Assembly: GCA_028709545.1 (NCBI GenBank)
Contig: JAQVWT010000001.1
Location: forward strand, 658-64,657
Source of the DNA: Bacilli bacterium
Lineage (GTDB): Bacteria; Bacillota_I; Bacilli_A; RF39; UBA660
Length of the DNA stretch: 64,000 nucleotides
Direction of reading: 5' to 3'
The notes below the pieces were generated by a model. That model was not told the origin of the DNA. It was given only the letters and a program-made list of their open reading frames with translations, and searched no databases. Position numbers and translations under genes: made by a program. Shown here piece by piece: positions 1-8,535 of this stretch; position 1 is the first letter of the stretch; each line of letters opens with the position of its first letter.

Positions 1-13
1 TGCAAATGAGTTA

Positions 14-319
14 ATGACTTTAATAAATACTATTACTAAATTAGAACTAGAAAATCAGGAAAAGGCCAGTAAAAACGCTAGTAATTTGCTTGATTTAGAA
101 AATACTGAAGAGGTAGATACATCAGGTGTATTAGAAAATTCTTTTTATACAGGAAACTTAGCAGTTTCTGAAAAAGATTATGAAGATTTTTCAGATATTC
201 AGCAAGATATTAAATCTAATTCAAATATAATTAAATTTTTGATCGTGATTTTCATTCTTATTCTAATATCAGTTATTATATTTATGTTAAATAAATACTT
301 AAATTGGGAGCTTTTTTAA
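14..319 (+). CDS. hypothetical protein with C-terminal TM helix
   Basis: ORF track; acidic N-region, hydrophobic C-terminus (FLIVIFILILISVIIFML); no recognisable family. Confidence 0.3.
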   Translation: MTLINTITKLELENQEKASKNASNLLDLENTEEVDTSGVLENSFYTGNLAVSEKDYEDFSDIQQDIKSNSNIIKFLIVIFILILISVIIFMLNKYLNWELF

Positions 320-351
320 TATAGCTCTTTTATTTTTCATATATATTTAAT

Positions 352-1068
352 ATGAGAAGATTAAAATATAAAAAAAGATGGCAATTTAAAGTTAATAGAA
401 TAATATTGATTTTAGTTATTTTGATAATTATGAATACTATATTTTTGTTTCTAATTTTTAGTAATAAATTAAGTGATTCCGTTATTGCTTCAACAAAAAA
501 AGAAATTGAAGAAATTACGATAAATATTGTTACAAAATATTTAACTAAAGAAAGATTAAAACAAATTGCTGCAGAAGATTTAATAATTATTATAAAAAAT
601 GATAAAGAAGAAATAACAGATGTTGATTTTAAGTTAGATAAAGTTTATGATGCGCTTATTGATATAAAAAGTGATATTGAAAAAGAGGTCTTAGATTTAA
701 AAAGAGGAATAATTCCTAGTAATACTATTTCTGTTGGGAATAACTTAATAATAAAAATCCCTTATTATGCTTATACTAATAATGCTCTTTTGATGAATTT
801 GGGGCCCAAAATGCATATTAAGATTAATTTACTTGAAAATATTATTGGTGATGTTTACACTAGAATCAGTAGTTATGGAATAAATACAGTTTTAATAAAT
901 TTATATATAAAATTTTATTTACTCGAAAGTTTTTTGTATCCATCAATTTCTGAAAAAATGGAATTTGAGTTTGAAGTATTAGTTGCAACAAAAGTTATCC
1001 AAGGAAAAATCCCTAGTTTTTATAATGGTGTTTTAGAAAGTAGTAGTTCATTATTTAATGTAAAGTAA
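352..1068 (+). CDS. hypothetical membrane-anchored protein
   Basis: ORF track; N-terminal TM (ILILVILIIMNTIFLFLIF); no motif recognised. Confidence 0.3.
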   Translation: MRRLKYKKRWQFKVNRIILILVILIIMNTIFLFLIFSNKLSDSVIASTKKEIEEITINIVTKYLTKERLKQIAAEDLIIIIKNDKEEITDVDFKLDKVYDALIDIKSDIEKEVLDLKRGIIPSNTISVGNNLIIKIPYYAYTNNALLMNLGPKMHIKINLLENIIGDVYTRISSYGINTVLINLYIKFYLLESFLYPSISEKMEFEFEVLVATKVIQGKIPSFYNGVLESSSSLFNVK

Positions 1069-1129
1069 TACATATTGAAAATAGCTAAAATAGATAACTT
1101 ATGCTACTATAATTAAAGAAAGGTATTTT

Positions 1130-1921
1130 ATGAGTAAATTTATTAATAACACTATAGAAAACGGTATAATTAATTATTTGAATTATATTAATAATAAACA
1201 AATAAACAAAATTTATTTATATGAATTTTATGTGGTTAAAATATTAATTAGAATTTATGGTGAAATAAATATAATTAATCCTTTTAAGCTTGGAAAAGAA
1301 AAGAGTTTTATAAATAATCTACAAATATATGGTATAAACGAAGAGCAAACCAGTTTATTTATAAAATACATGGAAGATTATGATATGTGGTTAAATAGTT
1401 CTATAGAGCTTCCTAAAAAGGAAATAACTGCTAAAATTAATAAAAGTTTAATTAATATGATAATTATGAAAAGCGTAGATCATAAAATCAGTTCTGAAGA
1501 TATGGAGATTTTTGATGACTTTTTTAATCCAAAAAATATAGAATTAATTAAGATATATGAATTAACGAATAATGATCAAGAATTAATACCAAATTTATGG
1601 GAAAGAAAAAAGGCTCAATTTAAGAAAGGCTTGATATTTGAAGAAATTCTACCTGATTTGTTATCTATTGATATATATAAAAAATATGGTTTATCTATTA
1701 ATGAGATAAAACAACTTTCTAATTTGAAAATTAAAGAAATTAATGATAAAATAATAATTGAAGAATCAGATAACTCAGGCGGAAGACATGAAAAATTTGA
1801 TCCTAAAAAACTAGTTTTAACTAGTGGTAGTGGCTTTGTTGATACAATAGTTCTGCTTAGTATTATGGTTACTGAAATTATGATTGGTTTATTAATTGCC
1901 TTCTGGTTCTTAAGGAGATAG
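1130..1921 (+). CDS. hypothetical protein, C-terminal TM
   Basis: ORF track; coding-like K/N/I-rich composition; C-terminal hydrophobic segment. Confidence 0.3.
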   Translation: MSKFINNTIENGIINYLNYINNKQINKIYLYEFYVVKILIRIYGEINIINPFKLGKEKSFINNLQIYGINEEQTSLFIKYMEDYDMWLNSSIELPKKEITAKINKSLINMIIMKSVDHKISSEDMEIFDDFFNPKNIELIKIYELTNNDQELIPNLWERKKAQFKKGLIFEEILPDLLSIDIYKKYGLSINEIKQLSNLKIKEINDKIIIEESDNSGGRHEKFDPKKLVLTSGSGFVDTIVLLSIMVTEIMIGLLIAFWFLRR

Positions 1922-1922
1922 C

Positions 1923-2201
1923 GTGGATATAGAAATAATATATGATGAAAAAAAATATGAAATTTTAAAAAATTATCGTGAAGCATATAATTTAGAGGAA
2001 ATTCAAAAAAGGTACACTGAATATTTTGAGCCTTTTGATTATATTGTGGGAGACTGGGCATATGGAAAATTAAGATTAAAGGGCTTCTATAAAGAGAATA
2101 ATAAAAATAGCCGAGACTTAAATAATTATAAATATGTTGATAATTATCTTAAGAATAATTGTTCAAATGATTGTCGTTATTTTGTTTTAGAAAAAAAGTG
2201 A
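1923..2201 (+). CDS. small conserved protein, possibly YutD/DUF1027-like
   Basis: GTG start immediately after the previous stop; motif FEPFDYIVGDWAYGKLRLKGF resembles the YutD family; uncertain. Confidence 0.3.
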   Translation: MDIEIIYDEKKYEILKNYREAYNLEEIQKRYTEYFEPFDYIVGDWAYGKLRLKGFYKENNKNSRDLNNYKYVDNYLKNNCSNDCRYFVLEKK

Positions 2202-2256
2202 TTGAATAAGCTTTTTTTTTATGATATGATTAATTAAGATAGCGAGGTCAAATAGA

Positions 2257-2550
2257 GTGGAATATATTGATATTAAATTACCAAGTGGAGAAGTTATAAA
2301 TGTTGAATTAATTAGTTATTTTAAAATTATAAGTACTGGTAAAAATTATTTGTTTTACACAAAAAACGAAGTAGTTGAAAACAATTTAATTAAGATGTAT
2401 GTTACAGAAATAATTCCGGCGGGGACAGTTTTTAATGTTTCAGATAAAATGTCCGATGAAGAATGGACAGGTTTAAAAAATATTATGAAATCAATATTAA
2501 CAGGTAGTAATAATGAAGACATAATCTATTTAGAGATAGGGGAGAGCTAA
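2257..2550 (+). CDS. DUF1292-like small protein
   Basis: N-terminus MEYIDIKLPSGEVINVELISYF matches the pattern of DUF1292 (YrzB-like) proteins of Firmicutes. Confidence 0.35.
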   Translation: MEYIDIKLPSGEVINVELISYFKIISTGKNYLFYTKNEVVENNLIKMYVTEIIPAGTVFNVSDKMSDEEWTGLKNIMKSILTGSNNEDIIYLEIGES

Positions 2551-2551
2551 A

Positions 2552-3079
2552 ATGAAGACACAGTTAATAAGTGGAGTACAAAATATAATTGCTATAGATT
2601 TAGTTAAAAAAGAAACGTTTCAAAAGAAGCGTCAAGAGAATTTAAAAAGTAAAAAAACATCTGTCTCTAATGAAATTATATTACCACAGGATACTCTTGA
2701 AATCAGTCCAGAAAGTATGCGTGCATATAAAGAATCCCAACAACCAAAACCTGATGTTGACCCTTTAACTAATGCTGAATTATTATCGCAAACCTTTGAA
2801 AAAAAAGAAATTCATACCGAAAACACATTAAATAGTGGAGAATATTTAGAAATAGTTAATGAAATTGCTAAAGCAATGGATATTTTAGATAATGTTAGTG
2901 CTAAAGTAGTAAAGTTAATGCCTACGAATGTGAAAAAAGAATCATCAATTCACCAAGATTTATTAACTCCGGTTAATAATGATTACCATGAATCGGTTCA
3001 GAACACTTCAAACCAAGAATTACAACCTTTTTCTCCAGAGAGAAATATATTTGATGTTTCCCAAGGACCAAACCTTTAA
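2552..3079 (+). CDS. hypothetical protein
   Basis: ORF track; start overlaps the previous stop (operon-like); no domain recognised. Confidence 0.3.
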   Translation: MKTQLISGVQNIIAIDLVKKETFQKKRQENLKSKKTSVSNEIILPQDTLEISPESMRAYKESQQPKPDVDPLTNAELLSQTFEKKEIHTENTLNSGEYLEIVNEIAKAMDILDNVSAKVVKLMPTNVKKESSIHQDLLTPVNNDYHESVQNTSNQELQPFSPERNIFDVSQGPNL

Positions 3080-3086
3080 CCAGTTA

Positions 3087-3116
3087 TATACCTGGTTTTT
3101 TTTCATATAATATAAT
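3087..3116 (+). terminator. rho-independent terminator
   Basis: aaccag-ttatatac-ctggtt hairpin followed by T8. Confidence 0.5.
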
Positions 3117-3992
3117 ATGGAAAATATAATTAATTATTATTATAATTTTTATCCTGAAACCATAAGTAGAATGTATGGTGGTTTTTACTTTGAGAATAAT
3201 AATTTAAAGTATCTTTTGGTTGAATTAATTACTGATTCAAAAAAAGCTCTAGAAATTTATGAACTTTTAATGGTAAATGGAATAAAAAACTATATAATTA
3301 TTTATAATAAAGATAATAATATTATCACCAATCATTATGATAAAAATTATATATTATTTATAATTAATTGTAAAATAAATGATATATTAAGATTTGATGA
3401 TCAGTTTTTGATTCCGGTTAATAAAAACATTAATTGGAGCGAAATGTGGAGTGAGAGAATAAATTATTATGAAATACAAATAAATGAACTTGCTCAAGAT
3501 AAAAAAATAGTCTTGCATAGTGTATATTATTATATAGGACTTGCTGAAAATGCTATTTATATAGCGGGAATTTATGAAGATAAAGTTAGTAGTGAGTGTG
3601 GGGTTCAACATTATCGAATGCATGTACCTATTACTAAAGGAGAATATTATAATCCAAATAATATGTTAGTAGATGTTTTGGTAAGAGATGTTGCTGAGTA
3701 CATAAAAAGTTCTTTCTTTTTAGAAAAAAGGGATAATAACTATTATATTGATTATATTAAAACCCTTTTATTGACAGATTTAACTGCTAATTTACTACTA
3801 GCACGTTTGTTATACCCCTCATACTATTTTGATATATTTGATGATATCATTTTAAACGATTATAGTGAAACTGAACTTTTATCGATTACTGATAGACAAA
3901 AAGATTATGAGATATTTTTAAATCATATATATTTGGAGTTATCGCGTAATTTTAAAATAGTCAATATAAATTGGTTAAAAAAAGGATTATAA
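3117..3992 (+). CDS. hypothetical protein
   Basis: ORF track, 291 aa, Y/N-rich; no motif recognised. Confidence 0.3.
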   Translation: MENIINYYYNFYPETISRMYGGFYFENNNLKYLLVELITDSKKALEIYELLMVNGIKNYIIIYNKDNNIITNHYDKNYILFIINCKINDILRFDDQFLIPVNKNINWSEMWSERINYYEIQINELAQDKKIVLHSVYYYIGLAENAIYIAGIYEDKVSSECGVQHYRMHVPITKGEYYNPNNMLVDVLVRDVAEYIKSSFFLEKRDNNYYIDYIKTLLLTDLTANLLLARLLYPSYYFDIFDDIILNDYSETELLSITDRQKDYEIFLNHIYLELSRNFKIVNINWLKKGL

Positions 3993-4220
3993 TTCAATGT
4001 TAATTACATCCTTAACTTCTGGTATTTCTGCTTGTAAAAACCTTAATATTCCGTCTTTGATTGTTTCGTTTCTGTATGGACATGATCCACAAGCTCCTAT
4101 GAGCTTTATAAAAACAATTCCGTCTTTAAATTTGATAAATTCTAAATCTCCGCCATCGCTATTTAAATATGGTCGAAATTGATCTAAAATTTCTTTTACT
4201 TTTTTTTCCAAAAATATCAC
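3987..4220 (-). CDS. NifU-like (Nfu) Fe-S cluster assembly domain protein
   Basis: GGDLEFI..IVFIKLIGACGSCP matches the Nfu/NifU C-terminal domain (CxxC). Confidence 0.6.
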   Translation of the reverse strand: MIFLEKKVKEILDQFRPYLNSDGGDLEFIKFKDGIVFIKLIGACGSCPYRNETIKDGILRFLQAEIPEVKDVINIEL

Positions 4221-4295
4221 CTACTTAAAATTATAGCTAATATTATAAATTTAGTAAAGGGTTATGATATAATTAGTCATGAGGTTGGTGGAATT

Positions 4296-4652
4296 ATGAA
4301 GTACCAAAAAGGAGAGATTGTTCAAGGTGTTGTGCTAGGAATTGAAGATTATGGCTTTTTCGTAAAAATTGATAAAGAATATAGTGGTCTAGTACATATT
4401 TCCGAAATTGTTCAAGGGTTTGTAACTAATATAAATGATTATGTTAATCTTGAGGAGAAAATCTATGTTCATATTTTAGATATTGATAAAGATAGTAAAC
4501 AAATGAAACTTTCTATTAAGAATATTAATTATCGTATTAATGATCCAAATAAAAAAGTTGCTGAATCGTTAAAAGGTTTTTTACCGTTAGAACAAAATTT
4601 AAATATTTGGACTAACAATACTTTAGAGGAATTAAATAAAAATGAAAAGTAA
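4296..4652 (+). CDS. S1 RNA-binding domain protein (general-stress-protein-13-like)
   Basis: GEIVQGVVLGIEDYGFFVKI...GLVHISEI is a typical S1 domain; RBS GAGG upstream. Confidence 0.6.
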   Translation: MKYQKGEIVQGVVLGIEDYGFFVKIDKEYSGLVHISEIVQGFVTNINDYVNLEEKIYVHILDIDKDSKQMKLSIKNINYRINDPNKKVAESLKGFLPLEQNLNIWTNNTLEELNKNEK

Positions 4653-4678
4653 AATTTGAGAAAAATGCTGAAAAACAC

Positions 4679-4707
4679 TTGATAAAGCTTAAAAAATGGG
4701 TTATACT
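4679..4707 (+). promoter_or_regulatory. sigma70-like promoter of the tRNA array
   Basis: TTGATA-N17-TATACT, about 35 bp upstream of tRNA-Leu. Confidence 0.5.
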
Positions 4708-4742
4708 CTAATAGTCTTAAATATTTTAAGACAAAAGTGCCT

Positions 4743-4831
4743 GCCCGAGTGGCGGAACAGGTAGACGCACAGGACTTAAAATCCTGCGAGATTTAAACCT
4801 CGTGCCGGTTCAAGTCCGGCCTCGGGCACCA
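4743..4831 (+). tRNA. tRNA-Leu(TAA)
   Basis: Cloverleaf folded by eye: acceptor gcccgag/ctcgggc, anticodon loop ctTAAaa, long variable arm, encoded CCA. Confidence 0.85.
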
Positions 4832-4846
4832 AGTTTATATTATGTC

Positions 4847-4923
4847 GGGCGATTAGCTCAGTTGGTTAGAGCACCTGCCTTACAAGCAGGGGGTCGTAGG
4901 TTCGAGTCCTACATCGCCCACCA
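4847..4923 (+). tRNA. tRNA-Val(TAC)
   Basis: gggcgattagctcagttggttagagc...; anticodon loop ctTACaa; CCA encoded. Confidence 0.85.
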
Positions 4924-4928
4924 TTTAT

Positions 4929-5004
4929 GCCGACATAGCGTAACTGGCAGCGCAACTGACTTGTAATCAGTAGGTTGGGGGTTCGACTCCCTCTGTCGGC
5001 ACCA
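4929..5004 (+). tRNA. tRNA-Thr(TGT)
   Basis: Acceptor gccgaca/tgtcggc; anticodon loop ctTGTaa; CCA. Confidence 0.85.
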
Positions 5005-5013
5005 TTATGTATG

Positions 5014-5096
5014 GAGGGATAGCGAAGTGGTCAAACGCGGCAGACTGTAAATCTGTTCTTTCGGGTTCCATGGTTCAAATCCATGTCCCTCCACCA
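5014..5096 (+). tRNA. tRNA-Tyr(GTA)
   Basis: Acceptor ggaggga/tccctcc; anticodon loop ctGTAaa; long variable arm; CCA. Confidence 0.85.
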
Positions 5097-5102
5097 CGTT
5101 AT

Positions 5103-5178
5103 TGCCCCGTAGCCAAGCGGTAAGGCATCAGACTTTGACTCTGACATCTCGGCGGTTCGAATCCTCCCGGGGCAACCA
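5103..5178 (+). tRNA. tRNA-Gln(TTG)
   Basis: tgccccgtagccaagcggtaaggc...; anticodon loop ctTTGac; CCA. Confidence 0.8.
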
Positions 5179-5188
5179 TTTATATTAC

Positions 5189-5264
5189 GTCCTGTTAGCT
5201 CAGTAGGTAGAGCATTTGACTTTTAATCAAAGGGTCGCGCGTTCGAGTCGCGCACAGGACACCA
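5189..5264 (+). tRNA. tRNA-Lys(TTT); its 3' 50 nt form the prophage attL core
   Basis: Acceptor gtcctgt/acaggac; anticodon loop ctTTTaa; CCA; 3' part repeated at 35973..36026. Confidence 0.85.
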
Positions 5265-5268
5265 TTTA
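5215..5268 (+). repeat. attL core (54 bp, inside tRNA-Lys)
   Basis: Identical to 35973..36026. Confidence 0.85.
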
Positions 5269-5277
5269 AAAACAATC

Positions 5278-5305
5278 AAAAGCCCTTATAAATAGGGCTT
5301 TTGTT
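5278..5305 (+). terminator. intrinsic terminator just inside the prophage left end
   Basis: aaagccct-tataaat-agggcttt hairpin followed by a T-rich tract; would stop tRNA-array read-through into the prophage. Confidence 0.5.
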
Positions 5306-5365
5306 ATGATTTATTTTATTATACAAATAAATTGATAAAGTTCAAAATTGGTTTAAATTTGTTTA

Positions 5366-5397
5366 AATTCTTGTGCGTAGACAACAAGTAGACAACA
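5366..5397 (+). repeat. 32-bp arm-type direct repeat (left copy), contains tandem GTAGACAACA
   Basis: aattcttgtgcgtagacaacaagtagacaaca, identical to 35906..35937. Confidence 0.7.
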
Positions 5398-5403
5398 AAA
5401 AAA

Positions 5404-6456
5404 TCAATCTAATAAATCTATTGTTGCTATTAATTGTTCTTTCGTTTTACTATTATAAATACCATCTGTAATATCTCCACTAACAGAGTGCCCTAATATT
5501 AATTTGCGCGCAAGTCTATTAGCTCCCTTAGAATCCAAATCGGTGCTACAAGTGTGGCGACCGTCATGTGGAGTATGATCTAAATCTAGTTTAATCATTA
5601 ACTCTTTATATTTATCTAAATAATATCTATAATTCATTGCTCTTTTTGAATCATTCCATATTAGATATTCAGATTTGTTATCTTCACTAATTGTAATCCT
5701 ATTTTCAATTAAAGGTATTATTCTTTTATGTATAGGAATTATTCTATTAATACCAGCTTTTGTTTTTGATCCTGCTATTAAATATCTTTTATTTAAATTT
5801 ATTTTATCCAATTTGACATTTAATAATTCGCTAGGCCTTAATCCTGTATATATTAATATTATAACAGTATCCACATAATCCTGCTTTAAATTTTTCCATA
5901 ATATTTCTTTTTCCAATTTGCTGAAAGGCTTATGTTTTGATGATAACTCTTTTTTGCCTAATATCACAAATTCGGCATAATTCATTTTTATTGGTAATTC
6001 TTTTTGTTTAGCAATCTCAAATAATTGATTAAACATAATTTTAACATAGTTCTTAGACGTATAACTCTTATTAATCATATTATCTATTATATCTTGTATA
6101 TCAGATGTTCTGATATCAATAAAACGTTTATTATGCAATTTACTTGATTCATTATAAGCAGCATTATAATTTCCTATGCTAACAATATCTTCTCTTAATT
6201 TCATTTTTTTAAAATGATCGAAAACTCCGGTCAAAGTAATATCTAAGTTATTAAAATCATAAGGATCATTGAGATACATAATTAATGCTCTTTCGGCTAA
6301 CTGTCTTGTTTCCCAATACTTTCTTCCGTCCCATTCAATTATTTCCTTTTTTTGCTTTCCCTGATCATCCCAGTTGTTAGTTATAAAAGCAAAGAACGGG
6401 TTTCTTCTTTTACCAGATAATTTTGATGTTCCTCCAGCTCCGTTTGCTCTTTTCAT
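5404..6456 (-). CDS. int: phage integrase (tyrosine recombinase)
   Basis: TGLRPSEL (R), HDGRHTCST (HxxR), LGHS (H), TDGIY (Y): tyrosine-recombinase catalytic residues; sits next to attL. Confidence 0.85.
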   Translation of the reverse strand: MKRANGAGGTSKLSGKRRNPFFAFITNNWDDQGKQKKEIIEWDGRKYWETRQLAERALIMYLNDPYDFNNLDITLTGVFDHFKKMKLREDIVSIGNYNAAYNESSKLHNKRFIDIRTSDIQDIIDNMINKSYTSKNYVKIMFNQLFEIAKQKELPIKMNYAEFVILGKKELSSKHKPFSKLEKEILWKNLKQDYVDTVIILIYTGLRPSELLNVKLDKINLNKRYLIAGSKTKAGINRIIPIHKRIIPLIENRITISEDNKSEYLIWNDSKRAMNYRYYLDKYKELMIKLDLDHTPHDGRHTCSTDLDSKGANRLARKLILGHSVSGDITDGIYNSKTKEQLIATIDLLD

Positions 6457-6547
6457 GCTTTAAATCACTTCCTTTTTTTATAATTTTATGCTATAATTTT
6501 ATTAGAAAAACTCCTATAATTCTAGCTTGACGGTTATTTTTATATTT

Positions 6548-6586
6548 GTTTTTCTATTTTGATTGCCATTGCAGTGGCGGTCTTTT
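6548..6586 (+). terminator. hairpin plus T10 (plus-strand terminator between int and the HIRAN gene)
   Basis: gccattgcagtggc hairpin then tttttttttt. Confidence 0.35.
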
Positions 6587-6589
6587 TTT

Positions 6590-7204
6590 TTATTTCTTTT
6601 TAATTGCTAAGGTTATGTTACAGCCTCTTGTGGGTTTGTCGTACGTTCCCCCAGTTACTTCGTACTGAAGCGCTCTTATTGATGATGTTTCTTCTTTCTC
6701 AATATATCCTTTTTGATAAAATTCATTAGCAAGTTGTTCTGATAAATATCCTATCTTATAATGTCTTTCTGATGACTCATCATATTTATTATATGTTGTT
6801 AATATTGCTATTACCTCTATTGCATTATCAGAATATTTATTGTTTAAATCAGGACGTATTAAAATATTTGCTTCGTATGAATGTTCCAGTTTAAGTAAAT
6901 ATTCTTGTATTTTACCTTGAGTAACACCAACTATTTTAGTTTCAATTATTTTATGTTCATCTAAAAATTTTTGCTCTTTAATTTTATTTTCTTCTTCTTT
7001 TAAAATAATCTGTTTTTGTCTTTCTTTTAATTTTTCCTCTTCCTCAATTTTTAATTGATTGCTTTTAATTTCTTCAGAATGTATTTTCTTTTTTTTACAA
7101 CGGAAATATATTATTAACCATATTCCTAAAGTAAAATATGTCAATATAATATGACACCAAACACTTCTTTTTTTTAATATTATTTTTTCAAATTCTTGCT
7201 TCAT
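6590..7204 (-). CDS. membrane-anchored HIRAN-domain protein (repressor-operon accessory)
   Basis: N-terminal TM (WCHIILTYFTLGIWLIIYF); coiled-coil linker; C-terminal KIVGVTQ...LIRPDLNNKYSDNAIEV...KIGYLSEQLA resembles the HIRAN signature (GV..Y...L.REP.N.YD.NAI.V...IGY); start overlaps the repressor stop. Confidence 0.45.
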   Translation of the reverse strand: MKQEFEKIILKKRSVWCHIILTYFTLGIWLIIYFRCKKKKIHSEEIKSNQLKIEEEEKLKERQKQIILKEEENKIKEQKFLDEHKIIETKIVGVTQGKIQEYLLKLEHSYEANILIRPDLNNKYSDNAIEVIAILTTYNKYDESSERHYKIGYLSEQLANEFYQKGYIEKEETSSIRALQYEVTGGTYDKPTRGCNITLAIKKK

Positions 7205-7638
7205 AATTTCTCCGTATCATTTTTTTCTTTTTCTTTATCCTCATAATCAAGTATATTTATTAATTTAATTAATTTTTTAATGTCATTGTCATTTAATTTT
7301 TCTAATAAATGTAATACCTTTAATAAATTTTGATTTTCATTACTACGTTCTATTAAATTGATTATTTTTTGATCTGTAGTTAATACAGGATCAATATTAC
7401 CAAAAGTAAATTCTTGATCACTATCTAATACATTCACTAAATCTTGAATTTCTTTTCCCATAGCTTTACTTAACTGTTTAAGAACTTCATACGTAGGAGC
7501 GATGGGTTTATTTGTTCTAGGATCTACTTTTTCTAGTGCGGATATATAAGAATGGCTTAAATTAGCTTTTTCAGCAAATGCTCTTAACGACAAATTATTA
7601 TCTTTTCTGTATTGTTTTATAATTTCATTGATAGTCAT
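7201..7638 (-). CDS. CI-like phage repressor (XRE-family HTH)
   Basis: N-terminal HTH LSLRAFAEKANLSHSYISALEK; divergent to the cro-like gene across an operator-rich region. Confidence 0.75.
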   Translation of the reverse strand: MTINEIIKQYRKDNNLSLRAFAEKANLSHSYISALEKVDPRTNKPIAPTYEVLKQLSKAMGKEIQDLVNVLDSDQEFTFGNIDPVLTTDQKIINLIERSNENQNLLKVLHLLEKLNDNDIKKLIKLINILDYEDKEKEKNDTEKL

Positions 7639-7811
7639 AGAAAACCTCCATAATTATTGTACAATATATTTTACGCAAAAACAAGAAAAATATGTACAAC
7701 ATAGTTGACAAAGTTAAAAACATATGCTAAATTGTATGTACGATATGTTGTACAAAAGAACCGAACGAAAGATTATTAGGTAAAACATATCGCACAGAAG
7801 GTGGTGATAAT
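7639..7811. promoter_or_regulatory. lysis/lysogeny switch region with TTGTACAA palindromic operators
   Basis: Perfect 8-bp palindrome TTGTACAA at 7657..7664 and 7748..7755, near-copies at 7692..7700 and 7733..7743; rightward TTGACA(7705)-N17-TAAATT. Confidence 0.55.
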
Positions 7812-8015
7812 ATGAACAATGTAAAACATTATAGAGAATTAGCCGCAATGACTCAAGAAGCTTTAGCTGTAAAAGCTAGAGTCTCAAGAACTACTATTTC
7901 AAATTTAGAAAACAATATAAAAACGACTATTACTAATGAAACAATGAATAAAATAGCAAACGCGTTGAATAAAACAGTGTTTGAAATTTTTTATGAGGAA
8001 AAACCGTCAAGCTAG
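7812..8015 (+). CDS. Cro-like XRE-family HTH regulator
   Basis: MTQEALAVKARVSRTTISNLEN HTH motif; RBS GAAGGTGGTG. Confidence 0.7.
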   Translation: MNNVKHYRELAAMTQEALAVKARVSRTTISNLENNIKTTITNETMNKIANALNKTVFEIFYEEKPSS

Positions 8016-8028
8016 AAAGGAATTAATA

Positions 8029-8259
8029 ATGAAAGAATTAAAAAAATATAAAAATGTATCAGTTAAAAAAACATCAGAATTAATGGGGGTTAGTGAGCAA
8101 TACGTCAGAATTGGATTGCAAAAAGAAAGATTACCTTTTGGTACGGCTGTTCAGATAAGTGAAAAACAATGGACTTATCATATCAGCCCTGGGTTATTAG
8201 CAATTTACTTAACTGGGAAGGAAGGTGAAAACAATGAAAAACAACAAATATTTAACTAA
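8029..8259 (+). CDS. HTH DNA-binding protein (excisionase/HTH_17-like)
   Basis: KKTSELMGVSEQYVRIGLQKERLPF resembles the excisionase-type winged helix; I chose the internal ATG at 8029 over the track start 7981. Confidence 0.4.
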   Translation: MKELKKYKNVSVKKTSELMGVSEQYVRIGLQKERLPFGTAVQISEKQWTYHISPGLLAIYLTGKEGENNEKQQIFN

Positions 8260-8461
8260 CTTTAAATTTGAAAATGTAATATTTGGACTATTAGCAATAA
8301 CTTATATCTATGCAGCATCAATGCGTGCTGGCGGATTAAATAATTTTATAACTGTAATAATTCAATTAGTTTTAAGTTTTGCACTAAAACTGTTATTAGA
8401 ATACATAAGAAAAAATCCTAAAGAGTTCGCAAATTCAATACTGGAACTTTTTCAGGATTAG
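8225..8461 (+). CDS. small hydrophobic protein
   Basis: ORF track; two predicted TM segments. Confidence 0.3.
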   Translation: MKTMKNNKYLTNFKFENVIFGLLAITYIYAASMRAGGLNNFITVIIQLVLSFALKLLLEYIRKNPKEFANSILELFQD

Positions 8462-8535
8462 ATCAAGCACTTAATATAATTAAGTACTTAAATTATACCA
8501 TATTTAACAAAAAAATAGAAAGGAAAAATGAATGA

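Noticed and set aside
1615-2061. 148-aa minus-strand ORF
   Set aside because: It is fully antisense to the better-supported 1130..1921 gene and the following GTG-start gene, and has low-complexity hydrophobic content.
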